From contig NC_083277.1 of the NCBI RefSeq assembly GCF_963506605.1, positions 93,868,001 through 93,932,000 on the forward strand: a stretch of 64,000 bases of DNA, given 5' to 3'. Of this stretch, positions 51,271 through 63,999 are shown one piece after another. A program made the translations under genes and the position numbers. This DNA comes from Zootoca vivipara (lineage: Eukaryota). Below the pieces are notes generated by a model, which worked only from the letters and a program-made list of their open reading frames with translations, made no database searches and had not been told where the DNA came from. Position 1 is the first letter of the stretch. Every line of letters starts with the position of its first letter.

Positions 51271-52572
51271 GTAACTGGCCTGGAGTTGTCATTTTATGTG
51301 AACATGTAAAGTGATTTCTCCCAACTGGGCTGTTTAAAATAAAGCTGCAGGAAAATAGTAAGGAACGTTTGAAATGTTTATGGGGTGTCTCGGTTCTTTT
51401 CCTCTCTCTGTTAGAATATGTGCTCCAGAACTGCTGTGAAAACTTCCTAAAAAGCAGCACTGTCTCCTGTCTCTCGTGATTATGTGCAACAGCACCATTT
51501 TGATAACTTCTTCAGGGGAATTTCCTGCATAGGGGAACCACTGAACGGCATCTACTTAAGTGCTATCTTCCTTCCTTGTGGCAGCCACACACTGGGAATG
51601 GCAGCCAAGAATGTACCCGTTTTCTTTAGCACATATTATCTTTAAAAAGGGCATGACAAAAAATAAGATATTTTTATCTGCAGAACTTTCCAGTTGAAGA
51701 GATCATTCAACATTTACCACTCATCCATTAAGTAAAGTATCTTCAAAGTGGGCTTATACCTATCTGGCTGTTCGGTTTTCAGGCACGTGCAAAATATGTT
51801 AGGAGTGTATGCTGGCATAATTCTTTGTAATTCAAATGCAAGTTCTGGCTATTATTTTCAGAAATCCTAAGTTCTTTGGGGGGGGGAGCTGAAATATATG
51901 CAGGTAACTTTGTCCACCTTAAACATTAACAATTTAAGAAAATGAAATGAGTTGTGTATATAACTTTATTAGCTGTTAACATACCAAATTAGGAGCATTT
52001 GATGTATTTATTAAATACTCCCCCCCCCAAATCATAATTGCATATGTACCCAGTCTCAAAACGCGCATCAGTGCTGTAGTAAACAAAATGTGATTGTTTG
52101 CACTTGGAAACAGTATACATACAGAAGAATATAATACAGAAACAGAATAAATTGATTTTTTCAAGAGCGAAAGCTCAGAACACCACAATTCTTGTGATGT
52201 AATTAAATTTCACAGATAACTTTGCAATAGGAAAATATGAGGTCCCCCCTTCCCAGTTTATAACAACAGTTTCAGTGGGTGTTAATACTGAGCCTTTAAA
52301 ATAAAAACACCAGGAAAATGTATGTTTCTCCATTTGCCCCTGGGCCTCCATATTTCTGGAGCAGATACTTGTAGGTCCCTATTATCTGAAGTTCTTTTCT
52401 CATGTAGTATGGAGCATCCTGTGAGCACCCCTGTTTCACACACTTGCATTGCCACTGAGCTCTACTATAGCTCAGTGACTATAGGCCTTCCCCACTTGCT
52501 GTATGCACTCTATGCGTGGATGTACTGCTTCCTCACAAGAACCCATTTAACATTATTCTTCTATCTTCTTAG

Positions 52573-52758
52573 TGTCTGGGAGATAGTGGGACAGCAAGGT
52601 GGAGGCTTGTCTGTTCTACGGACCTTTCGCCTTATGAGAGTCCTGAAACTGGTCCGTTTCATGCCTGCTCTCCAGCGCCAGCTGGTGGTGCTCATGAAAA
52701 CAATGGACAATGTCGCCACATTCTGCATGTTGCTGATGCTTTTCATATTTATCTTCAG
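52573..52758 (+). CDS. CACNA1G: CACNA1G exon ~11 (186 nt): IIS4 voltage sensor and IIS5, [62 protein letters not shown]
   Basis: Acceptor cttcttag|, donor cag|gtgggt; R/K every third residue as in S4 segments. Confidence 0.96.
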
Positions 52759-53319
52759 GTGGGTACTTAAATGAGCCCCTTCATTCCCTTTTGAAGCCTG
52801 TTGTGTCTGTGCTTTGAGGTGGAATCGGCCAATATTAATTTATTTGCCATGGCAAAAACAGTACAAGTTGCTAAGATGGAAAGTGATTTAATGTAACTCT
52901 GCATATTTTGAAAATGGTAGTTATTTCTTTCCCCCACCTGAGTGGTGATGTATGCTTCTACTTCTGATGGCTTTAACCTGAAACTCCCCGGGCTGAGCAA
53001 CACTTTGTTTTGTAAGCTTGTGAACCCTCAAGAGTCCAACAGTCTTCATCTGAAGAGTTTTCAAACTTTTTCGTTCCAACAAATGAAGCCTTATCCTATA
53101 TGAGCCTTCAACTTCTAGTCACCACAGGGCATGGTGTCAGAGCTGAGAGAAAGTAGCTTACTAAAAGCTGAATTCCCTTTTTCTTTGTCCTTCCATGAGT
53201 GGTGGGGTGCAGGAGTAAGGAACTTCACTCCAAACATTATTTGCTAAGATGGAAGAGTCTCTCTTCCAATACCATCTTGTTCTTCTTCTTTAATATACTC
53301 ATTTCCCCCTTTCGTTCAG

Positions 53320-53434
53320 TATTCTTGGGATGCATCTCTTTGGTTGTAAATTTGCTTCGGAGAGAGATGGAGACACTCTTCCCGACAGGAAGAACTTTGA
53401 TTCCTTGCTCTGGGCCATCGTTACTGTTTTCCAG
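53320..53434 (+). CDS. CACNA1G: CACNA1G exon ~12 (115 nt): [38 protein letters not shown]
   Basis: Acceptor ttcgttcag|, donor cag|gtaatg. Confidence 0.96.
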
Positions 53435-53673
53435 GTAATGCAACCGTTATGGCTAACAGTTATCTATTTCACAGGGTTTATATATTGGTTGATGGTAATC
53501 AAATCTCAAAGAGGTTTTTTAAAAAATCGAATTGGTTTACAAAAAGAATAAGCAAGCACCTATCCCTTGAAGAGATAACAGCGTGAGATTCTCCAAAATG
53601 TCATACTGAATGCTGAGAGAGAGCACGTGTTATTTTTTTCCTTGAAAAAGAGGTGCCGGAACTCAGAGATCTA

Positions 53674-53916
53674 CAGTGGTACCTCGGGTTACAAATGCTT
53701 CAGGTTACAAACACTTCAGGTTACAAACTCCGCTAACCCAGAAATAGTAACCTCACGTTAAGAATTTTGCTTCAGGATGAGAACAGAAATCATGCTCTGG
53801 CAGCGCAGCGGCAGCAGGAAGCCCCATTAGCTAAAGTGGTGCTTCAGGTTAAGAACAGTTTCAGATTAAGAATGGACCTCTGGAATGAATTGAGTTCTTA
53901 ACCAGAGGTACCACTG
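53674..53916. mobile_element. Tc1/mariner (Tigger-like) MITE
   Basis: TIRs cagtggtacctcgggtta / taaccagaggtaccactg; TA TSD. Confidence 0.87.
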
Positions 53917-54211
53917 TATAAGCATTTTGGGAGTAGGAGTGGGGAATGCCTGCTCATAAAATACAGAACCTACTTAAATTTAGGTTTTCCAGATGCAGTT
54001 CTTAGAAACCCATCGTCTTTGCAGAATTTATGTTTTTGTTGTCTGAAATGACAAGCTTTAAAATGGCAAAGAATTGAAATAATTATTTATTCAAAGAAAA
54101 AAAAATATGCTTGTTCACTTCAACTGAGCAGGACAAATGAACTTTAAGAGAGTGCAAATGATCTGTGCTTCTATCTCCCTTAACGTGTCTTCCCCTCCTC
54201 CCCCCATCCAG

Positions 54212-54367
54212 ATACTGACTCAGGAAGACTGGAATAAAGTCCTGTACAATGGCATGGCTTCTACCTCTTCCTGGGCTGCCCTCTACTTCATTGCCCTCAT
54301 GACATTCGGAAACTACGTTCTCTTTAACTTGTTGGTTGCCATCTTGGTGGAAGGTTTTCAAACAGAG
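54212..54367 (+). CDS. CACNA1G: CACNA1G exon ~13 (156 nt): domain II pore and S6, [52 protein letters not shown]
   Basis: Acceptor catccag|, donor gag|gtaacg. Confidence 0.96.
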
Positions 54368-57048
54368 GTAACGCCTTGAATAACTTACTTATCTCATGCT
54401 TGCTATTGGGTAGTACGGAGGATTTAGAACCCCTATTATCTTATGAGCAGATCTGGCAAACAGAACAAAAGGGAACACGTAGCACTAACATCCTTAACAA
54501 ATACTTCAGTATGAACCAAACTCTTTAGCTTCTATCAAAGGCTAAACTGAAAATAGCCAGCATTATTATAGATGCAGAATTTATGCAATAACTACTGGAT
54601 GGAATGAATGCAATGCCAGTGCCTTTGAACCATGCTTTGTTGCATTTAGGAGCCAAAAGCAACCCCATAAACACATGGACAAAGTTGGAGGAGGAGTGAT
54701 GTTGCTGCCTTTCTTGCTGTTGTTCCTTAGTGAATGTCTTTCTTCCTCCTTAAGTGCAACACTTTGGCATATATTTCCCCCCCCCCAATCTCTATGGACC
54801 GATTTGCTAGAAACTGGATCTTTTGTTAGCTAAACTTCCTCTCTGCCACCATCTGCAGGCAGCTGGAAAGCAAATCTTTGAATGGAGTTTGGCCTCCATG
54901 TTTTACTGGCAGGCTGGTTTATAACGTAGCTGAGTCCTCTTAAAACTAGCCCCCAAGCAGTTCTCCCTGCAGCTGGGGATGGTGGACAAAAATCTAGTCT
55001 CAGAGCAGTAAACTGTCATAGTGAAGGTTGAAAGGCAACATTATTCTGCATGACTTCCCAAGCATGCCTTTGATCTTGGGCTTTGTTCAGCAGCGTCTAG
55101 TGGGTTCTAAATTAAAGTGTTGTTAATAATATAGGTGTGACAGGAGAATAACAACCGTTGAGGTCTGTCACCTTTTTTGCCATCATATTCATTCACACTA
55201 TAAAAATCCATTTAGAAACGCTGCTATGATTTTTATTTATTTCTTTCAAGTGCCGTTTAAGGAGAAGATTTATGGGGGCCTCTTAGGGCAATGCAGCTGG
55301 AGTAGCTGTTTATTTGTTCTTAATCATATCTTTCCCAAGTGCCTTTATTTCATTTATGTCGTTTTTGCTTGGTATCATGCCCATGTCTCCATTTAATAGT
55401 ATTTTTTTTTCATCTTCAATAACCTAGGAAGGGGTCATTGTGCCAATCCTTTCTTTCTCAAGGAGTGGGCGATATATCACACTTCAGGCAGTAAATGCAC
55501 AACCACCTCCTGGCTCTTGCCCAAATGGTTACATGATTCTTTACTCTTGAATGTGTTGGTCCTAGCAAGTCTACCTGCCTAGAATGTCTCTTGCTGCTAG
55601 TTATTGGTTTGGTTTGGTTTGGTTTGGTATGAACGTTTGCTATTGGTTTGGTATGGATGGCCTGAAATTAATATGGTGCCCAGTATTATTTTCTAGAAAA
55701 AGAGATGCCAGAACTCACCATGAACACCTCCCTTGTTCTCTTATAATGGCAATGGCACCCACCTGAGAGGTGCCAAAACTGAGTTCCGGTGAATTACAGC
55801 TGGGGAGAAAGCCCTGATGGGTACCCTTATATCTAAAGGACACATGAGTGTAGCCTGGGGGCAACTGCCCCCCTAAAGCAGTCCAAAACAAATCTGAGGT
55901 TCTCCCCCCCCCCCATACACAATTACTGGCTACGCCTATGAAAGGACATGTATAGAACACAAACAGGTTTGCTATTTCTTTGCTGTCGGGATGTCCCCTG
56001 AATTGAGTCAGCAAAACTCTATGAATTCCTACACAGTTTACACAGATTTAGGATCTGTCTTTCTTTCTTAATTTCCGTTCTATTTAAAAACAAATCAAAC
56101 AGCCTTCGAGTTTCATTCGGGCTTTTCCTTCCTTACAACGTGCTTTGCATACAAGTAATCCTATTTCAAATAAAGTAGCAAGGTTTACTGCTGTCTTATC
56201 ATGTGAACCTTTTTTTTAAAAAAAAAAAAACTCAAATACTTTTTGCTCCCTTAAGTGCCCCGACCCACCCACTTATTTGAGATTTCTCTCTGAAAACTTA
56301 TCTCAATGTTGCGGTTGGTTTTATCTTTGTGATCCTCAATTGCCTTTCTTCAACTCTGGAAACACTTTGTTAATTTTAGTGCCTGACTGCGCAGGACCCT
56401 TTTGTTGCTAAGCAGCAGCCAAACATACAAAGGAATGGGGCTGTTCTAAAACACACACACACACAAAAAAAACCCTTTAAAACATAAGCCTAGCTGGTGC
56501 CTCATGCAAGATGCACACAAAGCACGTTCCCTGAAGCATGCAAGTGGGCTATTTATTTATTTATGCTCAGTCTGAATTTTGTGTCTGAACTTGCAGCAGT
56601 TGTAAGTTGTGCAATAAGAGGAGTGCGACTCTGTTTGACAGAACTGGTAATGCAAAAATTACTGACTGAGCTGTCAGGTCTGTACCCTGGGGGATATATC
56701 TTGGGGGACGACGACAACAACAACAACGACATTGGCTTCTGGTGAGAGAGCTTTCTGTCAGAGATAAAGCTTCTCTCCCGAGGGACTTCATGATAATAAT
56801 ATTATCTATGAAGCATATTATTCCATTGGTAATCTTTTCATGTTACCTACAGTTTCTGTGCTTGTCTCAGGCAATCCTTAGTGGCTGGCTCATCTTCAAA
56901 CTTGTACCCTACCACAAAACAACCTATGAGCAAGGGAATGGAAGCTGTGTGTAAATAATTAAGATTCATAATGGTAGTCATACTGTGCCTAAACTATGTG
57001 TAGGAATAGAGCCCGAGAAAGGAGGAGGGAAATTATGAGCTATTTTAC

Positions 57049-57067
57049 TGTCACCCCCTGGTGGCGC
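57049..57067 (-). promoter_or_regulatory. Candidate CTCF binding motif
   Basis: Minus strand GCGCCACCAGGGGGTGACA matches the CCACCAGGGGG core. Confidence 0.45.
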
Positions 57068-57971
57068 TTTTGGAATGGGTTGGCCATGCCTTATACTTAA
57101 AACACACTTCTATCACAATATTGTCCTTTAAAAAAACAACAACCCACATTTTAGAATTTTCTGGCTTATCCTTGTGCCTTCCTTTCTGCAAGTGAGTTTG
57201 ATAATAGTTTAGATTGAGCAGCTGATCTATGTATGTTTTATTATTTGCTTAGGTCCAAATTTTTGACCAGTCATCCTTTCAATTGGTTCTAACTTACTGA
57301 CATCATTACCCTGGAAATTAACCGTACTGTCACCAACTATGGCAGGGAAGAGAAAATTAAATCCTTAGCCAACAAATTGAAACCTGCATGAAAACCTTGC
57401 CTGCTTGTACAACAAAGTCAGACTGATTATGTCCAACATATTTCCCCCCCTTGAACAGCAGACACATACCCCTTTCTATATCAAAACCTTAATGGTGGTT
57501 AACTATGTGGCACTGGGGAGTGGAGGTGGGGGCTTCTGCTTAAGAAACACACTTGATCTTATGAAACAGATATAAAAATGCAATACTGTGCTAAATACTT
57601 GTTAATATATACAAACAAGCAGTAAATGAAAGAAGAATTCTTTGGAACTCTTAATTTTAAGGTAAGGCTGATATATATTTTCCCCCATGAAGGATGTTCA
57701 ACAGCTTGAACTATCCTTCGTACAGAGCAGATATGAAGGCATCAGGTGACTCAAGTGTAGTGTGACCTGTTCCACTGCTTCTCCTTGATACGAAATTGAC
57801 CCCAATGGGTGCCTTCCCTTTTCTCTCACTTTTCCCTTTTCGTTTCCATCCTTTTTATGCCGATATCTTCCACTCTCTCAATTTTGATGTTGAAATTTGT
57901 AAAGCCTGTAAACCCGCCTTCCCTTCCTTCCCTGCCCCTTTCCTCACCCTCCTTCCTCATTTTTACTTCAG

Positions 57972-58040
57972 GAAATCACCAAACGGGAAGCAGCGAGTAG
58001 GCAGTTAAGCTGTATTCAGCTGCCTGTCGACTCGTCAGTG
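57972..58040 (+). CDS. CACNA1G: CACNA1G cassette exon 14 (69 nt, phase 0-0): [23 protein letters not shown]
   Basis: About 160-nt pyrimidine-rich tract plus ttcag|, donor gtg|gtatgt; resembles the mammalian alternative exon 14 peptide as I recall it ([23 protein letters not shown]). Confidence 0.9.
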
Positions 58041-59803
58041 GTATGTAAGACCTTGGCATGAACACCCCAAACTTTGTCTGATAGTTGTCTCTCTCTCTCT
58101 CTCTTTTTCTCTCATTCTCTCCCTCTGTGGTGAACAATCACATCATTGCCGCTGTTCTCATCATGGTAGTTGTTTGGTTTTGGACTTGTTGTTGTTGTCA
58201 AGTTAGCCTTGATTTAAAGTCTCTTCCTTCTTTGAGGGAATCAACAGAGTCCCCTTAATAATTGAGAACCTGTTCTGGATTCCTTCCTTCCTTCCTACTG
58301 AGATTTTTCTTCACCAGCTTCTGGTTTCTCCCTAAAAGGTAGATGCCATTTTAAATAATATTTGCATATGGAAGTTCAGTTTCATGCCTTGGCCAGTGCT
58401 CTCTCCAAGCCCTAGATAGGCTTGAGCAACATACTGCCTGTGACTCCATGGATCCAGGTTTTGATTTCAGTCGGGATCACTGGGATTTGCTTGCATTTAC
58501 TACGCTAATGCACTTGCCCTTATGCATGTAGATTTGTTTCATGTTCATGGAGAGATATAAATTGTTATATCTACTTTATATAAATTATAATAATAAAATA
58601 ATAATAATAATAATAAATCTTTAATACGGTCAAAGACCAGCGAGATAAATTTGTTTTATCTACTTACTACCAATGGCTGGGGTGTACTAGCTTAAGCCCA
58701 GAGACCATTCAAGACACACACACAGACTGCCCATTGGATTAAAGTGAATTCTAAGATAATGTGACCCATATTGTTTTCAACATATTCTTGATCTTGCACA
58801 GGGTTTGCAAACAGGCTGTTAACTGCTTTGCATACCACACCCAGTTCTTGTTAAAAGAGAGAGAGAGAGAGATTAGAGAAACCCCTCAAAGACAGAAGAG
58901 ACCTAAAATCAAGCATGTTTTGTGGATACTCATGTGTGAGACAACTCTGTTCTGGAAAAGTCAGTGCTAAAATCGAGGCAGCTGCAATAAACGCTGGCGT
59001 CTTTAAAACAAAACTGCAGATAATTGGGGCAATAATCTCTGAGCGAAATCCCCCAGTCTAGGGTATGCAGGAAAGGTCAGAACAAGTTTTAATACTCCTA
59101 CTCTTTCATAGAGTTACGATGTGCTGATGGACCTAAATCCTAACAGTGTTCTGTATCCTAACAATGTTTTCTTTATATTTAAAAAAAAAACCAGAATGAT
59201 GACACAAAAGCTATGTCAAATGTTGACGATACTAAAAGTCTTCAAGGCTGCATTTATTTCTATGAAATCAAGCACTTCATGAATTGTGCTTCCCTTTCCA
59301 CAGCCTATTCCTGCCATGTGTCTGTCCTTTCCCATTTTTTTTCCTCCATTTCCATTCAGCATTGGAAGCAGCAGCTTTTATTTAGATGAAAAGCCTCTTG
59401 TGTTACAGCCAGATACAGATACTGCCTTCCCTACATATTGTATATCTCTAATGCCCTGTAGGCCATCTCAAAGCACTTGTGCTTCTAGAAAAAAAAAAAG
59501 ATTTAAACTCTGCATTCACTCATACGATGCCTTTTTCATCCAGAAAGGCAAACTGGGAGTGCAAAAACAGGTAATTTCTATTGGAGCCCTGGTGGGTGAT
59601 GCTCCTCTGTGGCTAAACTTAGTGCTTAGTGTACTGACAAAGGTGCTGGTATATTATTTGGCAGGGATGCTTTATTTCAAAGAAAACATGGGGTTTGGTG
59701 CTGCAGGGCTGGAGGATAAAAGTATCTCCCCCCCCCCGTTCTTTATTTATATTTTTAGGAACTCAGCTTCACTCTAAAAACCACCAAGTAGTTAATTAAT
59801 TAA

Positions 59804-60150
59804 GGACCCAGGTGGCTCTGTGGTTAAACCACTGAGCCTAGGGCTTGCCGATCAGAAGGTCGGCGGTTCGAATCCCTGTGACGGGGTGAGCTCCCATTGC
59901 TTGGTCCCAGCTCCTGCCAACCTAGCAGTTCGAAAGCATGTCAAAATGCAAGTAGATAAATAGGAACCGCTACAGCGGGAAGGTAAACGGCGTTTCCATG
60001 TGCTGCTCTGGTTTGCCAGAAGCGGCTTTGTCATGCTGGCCACATGACCTGGAAGCTATACGCCGGCTCCCTCGGCCAATAATGCGAGATGAGCGCGCAA
60101 CCCCAGAGTCGGTCACGACTGGACCTAATGGTCAGGGGTCCCTTTACCTT
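59804..60150 (+). mobile_element. Full-length Sauria SINE, copy 2
   Basis: About 98% identical to the reverse complement of copy 1; TSD tagttaattaattaa at 59789-59803 and 60151-60165. Confidence 0.92.
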
Positions 60151-63018
60151 TAGTTAATTAATTAATTAACCTCTCTTTTATTCATACTTTTCCACATACC
60201 TGGTGGTTTGACTCTAGACATTTGTGCTAACATAGTTGCTTGCAATATGATATTTTATGCAATGTCATATTGTGCTTTGGTACATTTCCTCATGCAAAAC
60301 ACTTTATTTTTCTGAAGCAGCAAGTCTTATAAAGGCACCTACCTGAACAGGAATTTCTCTCATTTTTTGCTTGAAGCTTTAGTGAGAAATTGGAATTGTA
60401 GAAAAATGGACTGCCAAACTGAAGAAACCACCCATTGAGTTATTTCAGGAGTTTCCCAGGTTTCAGCCCAACCCATCATACTCCTGTATCATATTCATTT
60501 TGAAGCATATAAACACAGCTGACCTTTTGGGGATAATTAAGTGAGCCATTTATCTCCACTAAATGGCATAATAATTTATTGTTGAGGAAACGTATTTAAT
60601 GCATTGGCTGATTGAAAGGAGCAATGCAGCTATTTTACAGCAATGCTATTAATTCTGGGCATCATCTCAACAGGGGGCAGCTTCAGTTAAGGCTCCATAC
60701 TTCAAATCTCAAGAGATACTAAATAGATAAAGATGATACCTTATGCTGGACCAAATTCTTTGGGTGTTAAGAGATCATTTGGTCATGAAGGTTTGTGATA
60801 CTTCTGCACTTAAACTGGGGGTAGAGAACCTGTAGCCCTCTGGAAGTTACCAGAAGGCTACAAGGTAAAAAAAGAAATCATTGCTGTCTATTGGCCATGC
60901 TAGCTAGGGCTGATGTGAATTAAAGCCCAACAAAATCTGAAAGGTTTGAGATTCACTACCCTGCCCTGACTTAAAGTAATAAGCATTTGATAAAGAAACA
61001 TCACCCTTTCCTTGCCTATTGCTATGCCTCTTGTTATCTGTAAAAGCATGGTTAAATCATGTCTAAACCACTAATGAATTGATCCATTAATTGTGGAGAT
61101 TAATAGATTACTGCTTCTAATCCTGTTTTAATTGTCTTAAATAAACCAGTTCATATTTAGTATACTGTATGGGGAACTTTCCAAGAGGAGAAGTCAGGTT
61201 GATTCTGTGTCACACAAAAAAAATCTAATTAGTTTAAGTCCCTTTTAACGGAATACATTCCTTAACAGTCCTCACCTACCATAATAGGGGGAGACTGGGT
61301 ATTTCTAAGTAGACCTAATGCCCTACATACAGACCTGGTGAAGATGCAGGATTTTGTGTTTTTGTATACTCTCTATTTTGATGAAGAAGCATCTTTGAGA
61401 AAAAGTTCAAAGCTTGATTGGAGAAAAAATACATTATGTGCTCATCTACATAGACAGACACAGGCACTTAATTAGAGAAAATAAAGGTCATTTATGTTGA
61501 TGATGTGTCCTGTACTCTTTAATCAGGCAAAAATTGTTTTCAAAAGCTAGCCATTTAACATTTTCCTCCCAACTACTGCCCATTCTGCTTTTCATGTTTT
61601 GCCCAAGCACCAAATGCCATCAGGGTGAGCCAAGGCTTTTTAGAACAGCAATGTAGATTTTGTTGTACTTTGCTGTGGTAGTTGCCTTACTTTAGCTAGA
61701 AAATTAGGAAAGTAAAAATGTGCTTGGCTTCTCTGTTATCGCTGCATCAACTTCTTCCACTGACCACATCAAACTCACTGGAGACTACTCTTCTCCGGAA
61801 TTATGATTTCTTCAGGAAATCAGACTGGAATAATTATTGTATATGCTGTTCCTGGCTGATATTTTTGGGTTATAACACTCTCCCATCTACCGTACCACCA
61901 CATGTGCCAGTGAATTGGATCAGAGGACTGAAGGGGAAGGTATTGAGGACCCTTTGTTAATGATGCCTGATCTTAGAAACCTATCAGTGAAGCAAATGGC
62001 AGAGGCTAATGAGCAAGTGAATTATTTAACATGGAATTGGAAGAAGCTCTAGGCCAACCTCTAATAGGGACAAGCTTTTTGTCAGCTTCAAGCTTCTAAT
62101 TTGTTAGACAGGACTTGCCCATGTGGTAAAACCCTGTTGCCTATAACCAAGTGATCCAGATCTTACCATTTCAGTCATGTGGACCCAATGTCACTGCTCT
62201 TTGCTGGCAACCAGATAGGATATATATATTTACTTCAAGCCATTCAAATAAATGAATTCACACTACTAATCAATTGATTGTACCAGTCTAAATTTTGTAA
62301 AAGTCTATCTTTATTATTGAACTTGTATTCTACCCTCCCTCCCAAAGGATAGCTAACAATAGAAAGTGTCCTCCCCCCAAAAAAGGTTTTCACTGCAGAT
62401 TTTTTGTATTGTTAACTATTTTTGAAAAAGCTGCATGCAGTAATCGGATTAGAGGCTGCCCACTTAGTTGGCCTTTCTGTCTACATATTCCCATTTTCCA
62501 GTATCGTCACCCATATTCCCTTACCCACTGTAATCACCAAGATACATTTCAGGTTCCTGGTTAAAATCATGATTATTTTATATATTATCAATAATGGTAA
62601 TAATTAGTGAATCGCATTCCATGTATATGTCTCAATGCAATTTGCAAACAGATTATTTAAAAAAGTAAGTTAAGAGAGTCTAATTTCACTTAGCCAATAG
62701 AGCATTTAGCTGTGTTTCAGTCAGAGATTCCAACTGATGGAGGTTAAACAGTTTGTTCCTGCCCTATTCAGGTCTTTAGCTGCTTTTGAATAAAATGTAG
62801 CATCTCTGCCCTTCCTGAAGGATTACTGCATAGTGAATTGATGTGCTATCAATATATGCATGCATCATTTTGTGGAAGGTGATGTCCCATTGTGGTAACA
62901 ATTTCAGTGGAACAGTGGATATCTTGTTGGGTGAAAGGATCCTTTTATTCAGAAGGGGAATCCTGAGTTAACTTTCGCTTTTTCATCCTGCTTGCTAAGG
63001 CACTTTGTTTTGATCTAG

Positions 63019-63109
63019 GGTGATGCTACTAAATCTGATTCTGAAGGTGAGCTTTTCCCCCGTTGTCTGGAAGAAGACTGTGGGCTTAAGAACTTTTCAA
63101 ATCCAGCCT
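63019..63109 (+). CDS. CACNA1G: CACNA1G exon ~15 (91 nt): GDATKSDSEGELFPRCLEEDCGLKNFSNPA(L)
   Basis: Acceptor tgatctag|, donor cct|gtaagt; GDAxKS motif; phase-1 end joins the next exon in frame. Confidence 0.88.
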
Positions 63110-63814
63110 GTAAGTAGCTGCTGCTCCTTCAAAGAGAACTGTTTTTCATTTTAGTATGAATAGCAGGTGTTAACCTCTAACTCCAGAATAGTCTCACTTT
63201 GAACTAAAGTGATTTTGATTCAAGAGAACATAATTGAATGATTGTAATCAAAATAATTCAGGAAGGAAAGTCCTGTTTGGTGGCCTTAAAAATGTCATAC
63301 ATGGCTTACAGACCATTAGCTTAATGGGCCGGTCTCGTTCCCTCCTCATGGTGGGGGGTGGGGGGGAAGAAGACTTGATACTGCTGTATATCAGCTGGGA
63401 CCGATGGGTATTGCAGTCCAACCTCATCATGACATCAGGTTGGAGAAGCCTACTGTACATTATGTTGCTCCTTCCCCCTGCCCAAGCTGCTTACCTTTAA
63501 GGGTGCTGTTAAAAGACCAGAAAAGGGAGACTGGCCTTGTTGGTATTTCTCAATGGGAATGGAAGAAGCAGAGCACTGCTACTTGTAATTCATGTGTATT
63601 TAGGAAAAGTGATCATAGGTAAATGAAAGAGAGTGGAGTAGAAGAAGTGTACAAACACAAAAACATGAAACTCATACAAGGGTGGAAGAGATGAGGAGGA
63701 GAAACCCCTTTAGAGCAGAAGCACATGGCATCAAGTTGGCATCAAGACTTTGACACATGGATTCACGTGCCTCCACCCTTAGGGTATGACCTAAACGTCC
63801 TTTGTTTTTCTCAG

Positions 63815-63999
63815 TGATGGCTCTTTGTGACCACCCAGAGCTAAAGAAGAGCTTAACACCTCCGCTCATCATCCACACCGCCGCTACACCAATGCCCATG
63901 CCGAAAAGTGCCATCTATGGGGAAGCGGCTCAAGGCTATGATTCCCAAAGAGCTAGTAGCATCTCCATGGATCCTAATACATACGATCTCAAATCTCCA
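63815..63999 (+). CDS. CACNA1G: CACNA1G exon ~16: (L)MALCDHPELKKSLTPPLIIHTAATPMPMPKS...YDLKSP
   Basis: Acceptor tttttctcag|; conserved PPLIIHTAATPM. The 3' end is inferred: the window's last base is probably the G of the GT donor. Confidence 0.88.

Noticed and set aside
33-63914. Most 60-180 aa ORFs in the six-frame track as independent genes
   Set aside because: They are intronic, low-complexity, antisense to real exons or transposon fragments; none shows a coherent separate gene structure
4150-63999. Assignment to CACNA1H or CACNA1I
   Set aside because: The exon 14 cassette, [15 protein letters not shown] and [13 protein letters not shown] signatures fit Cav3.1 rather than Cav3.2 or Cav3.3
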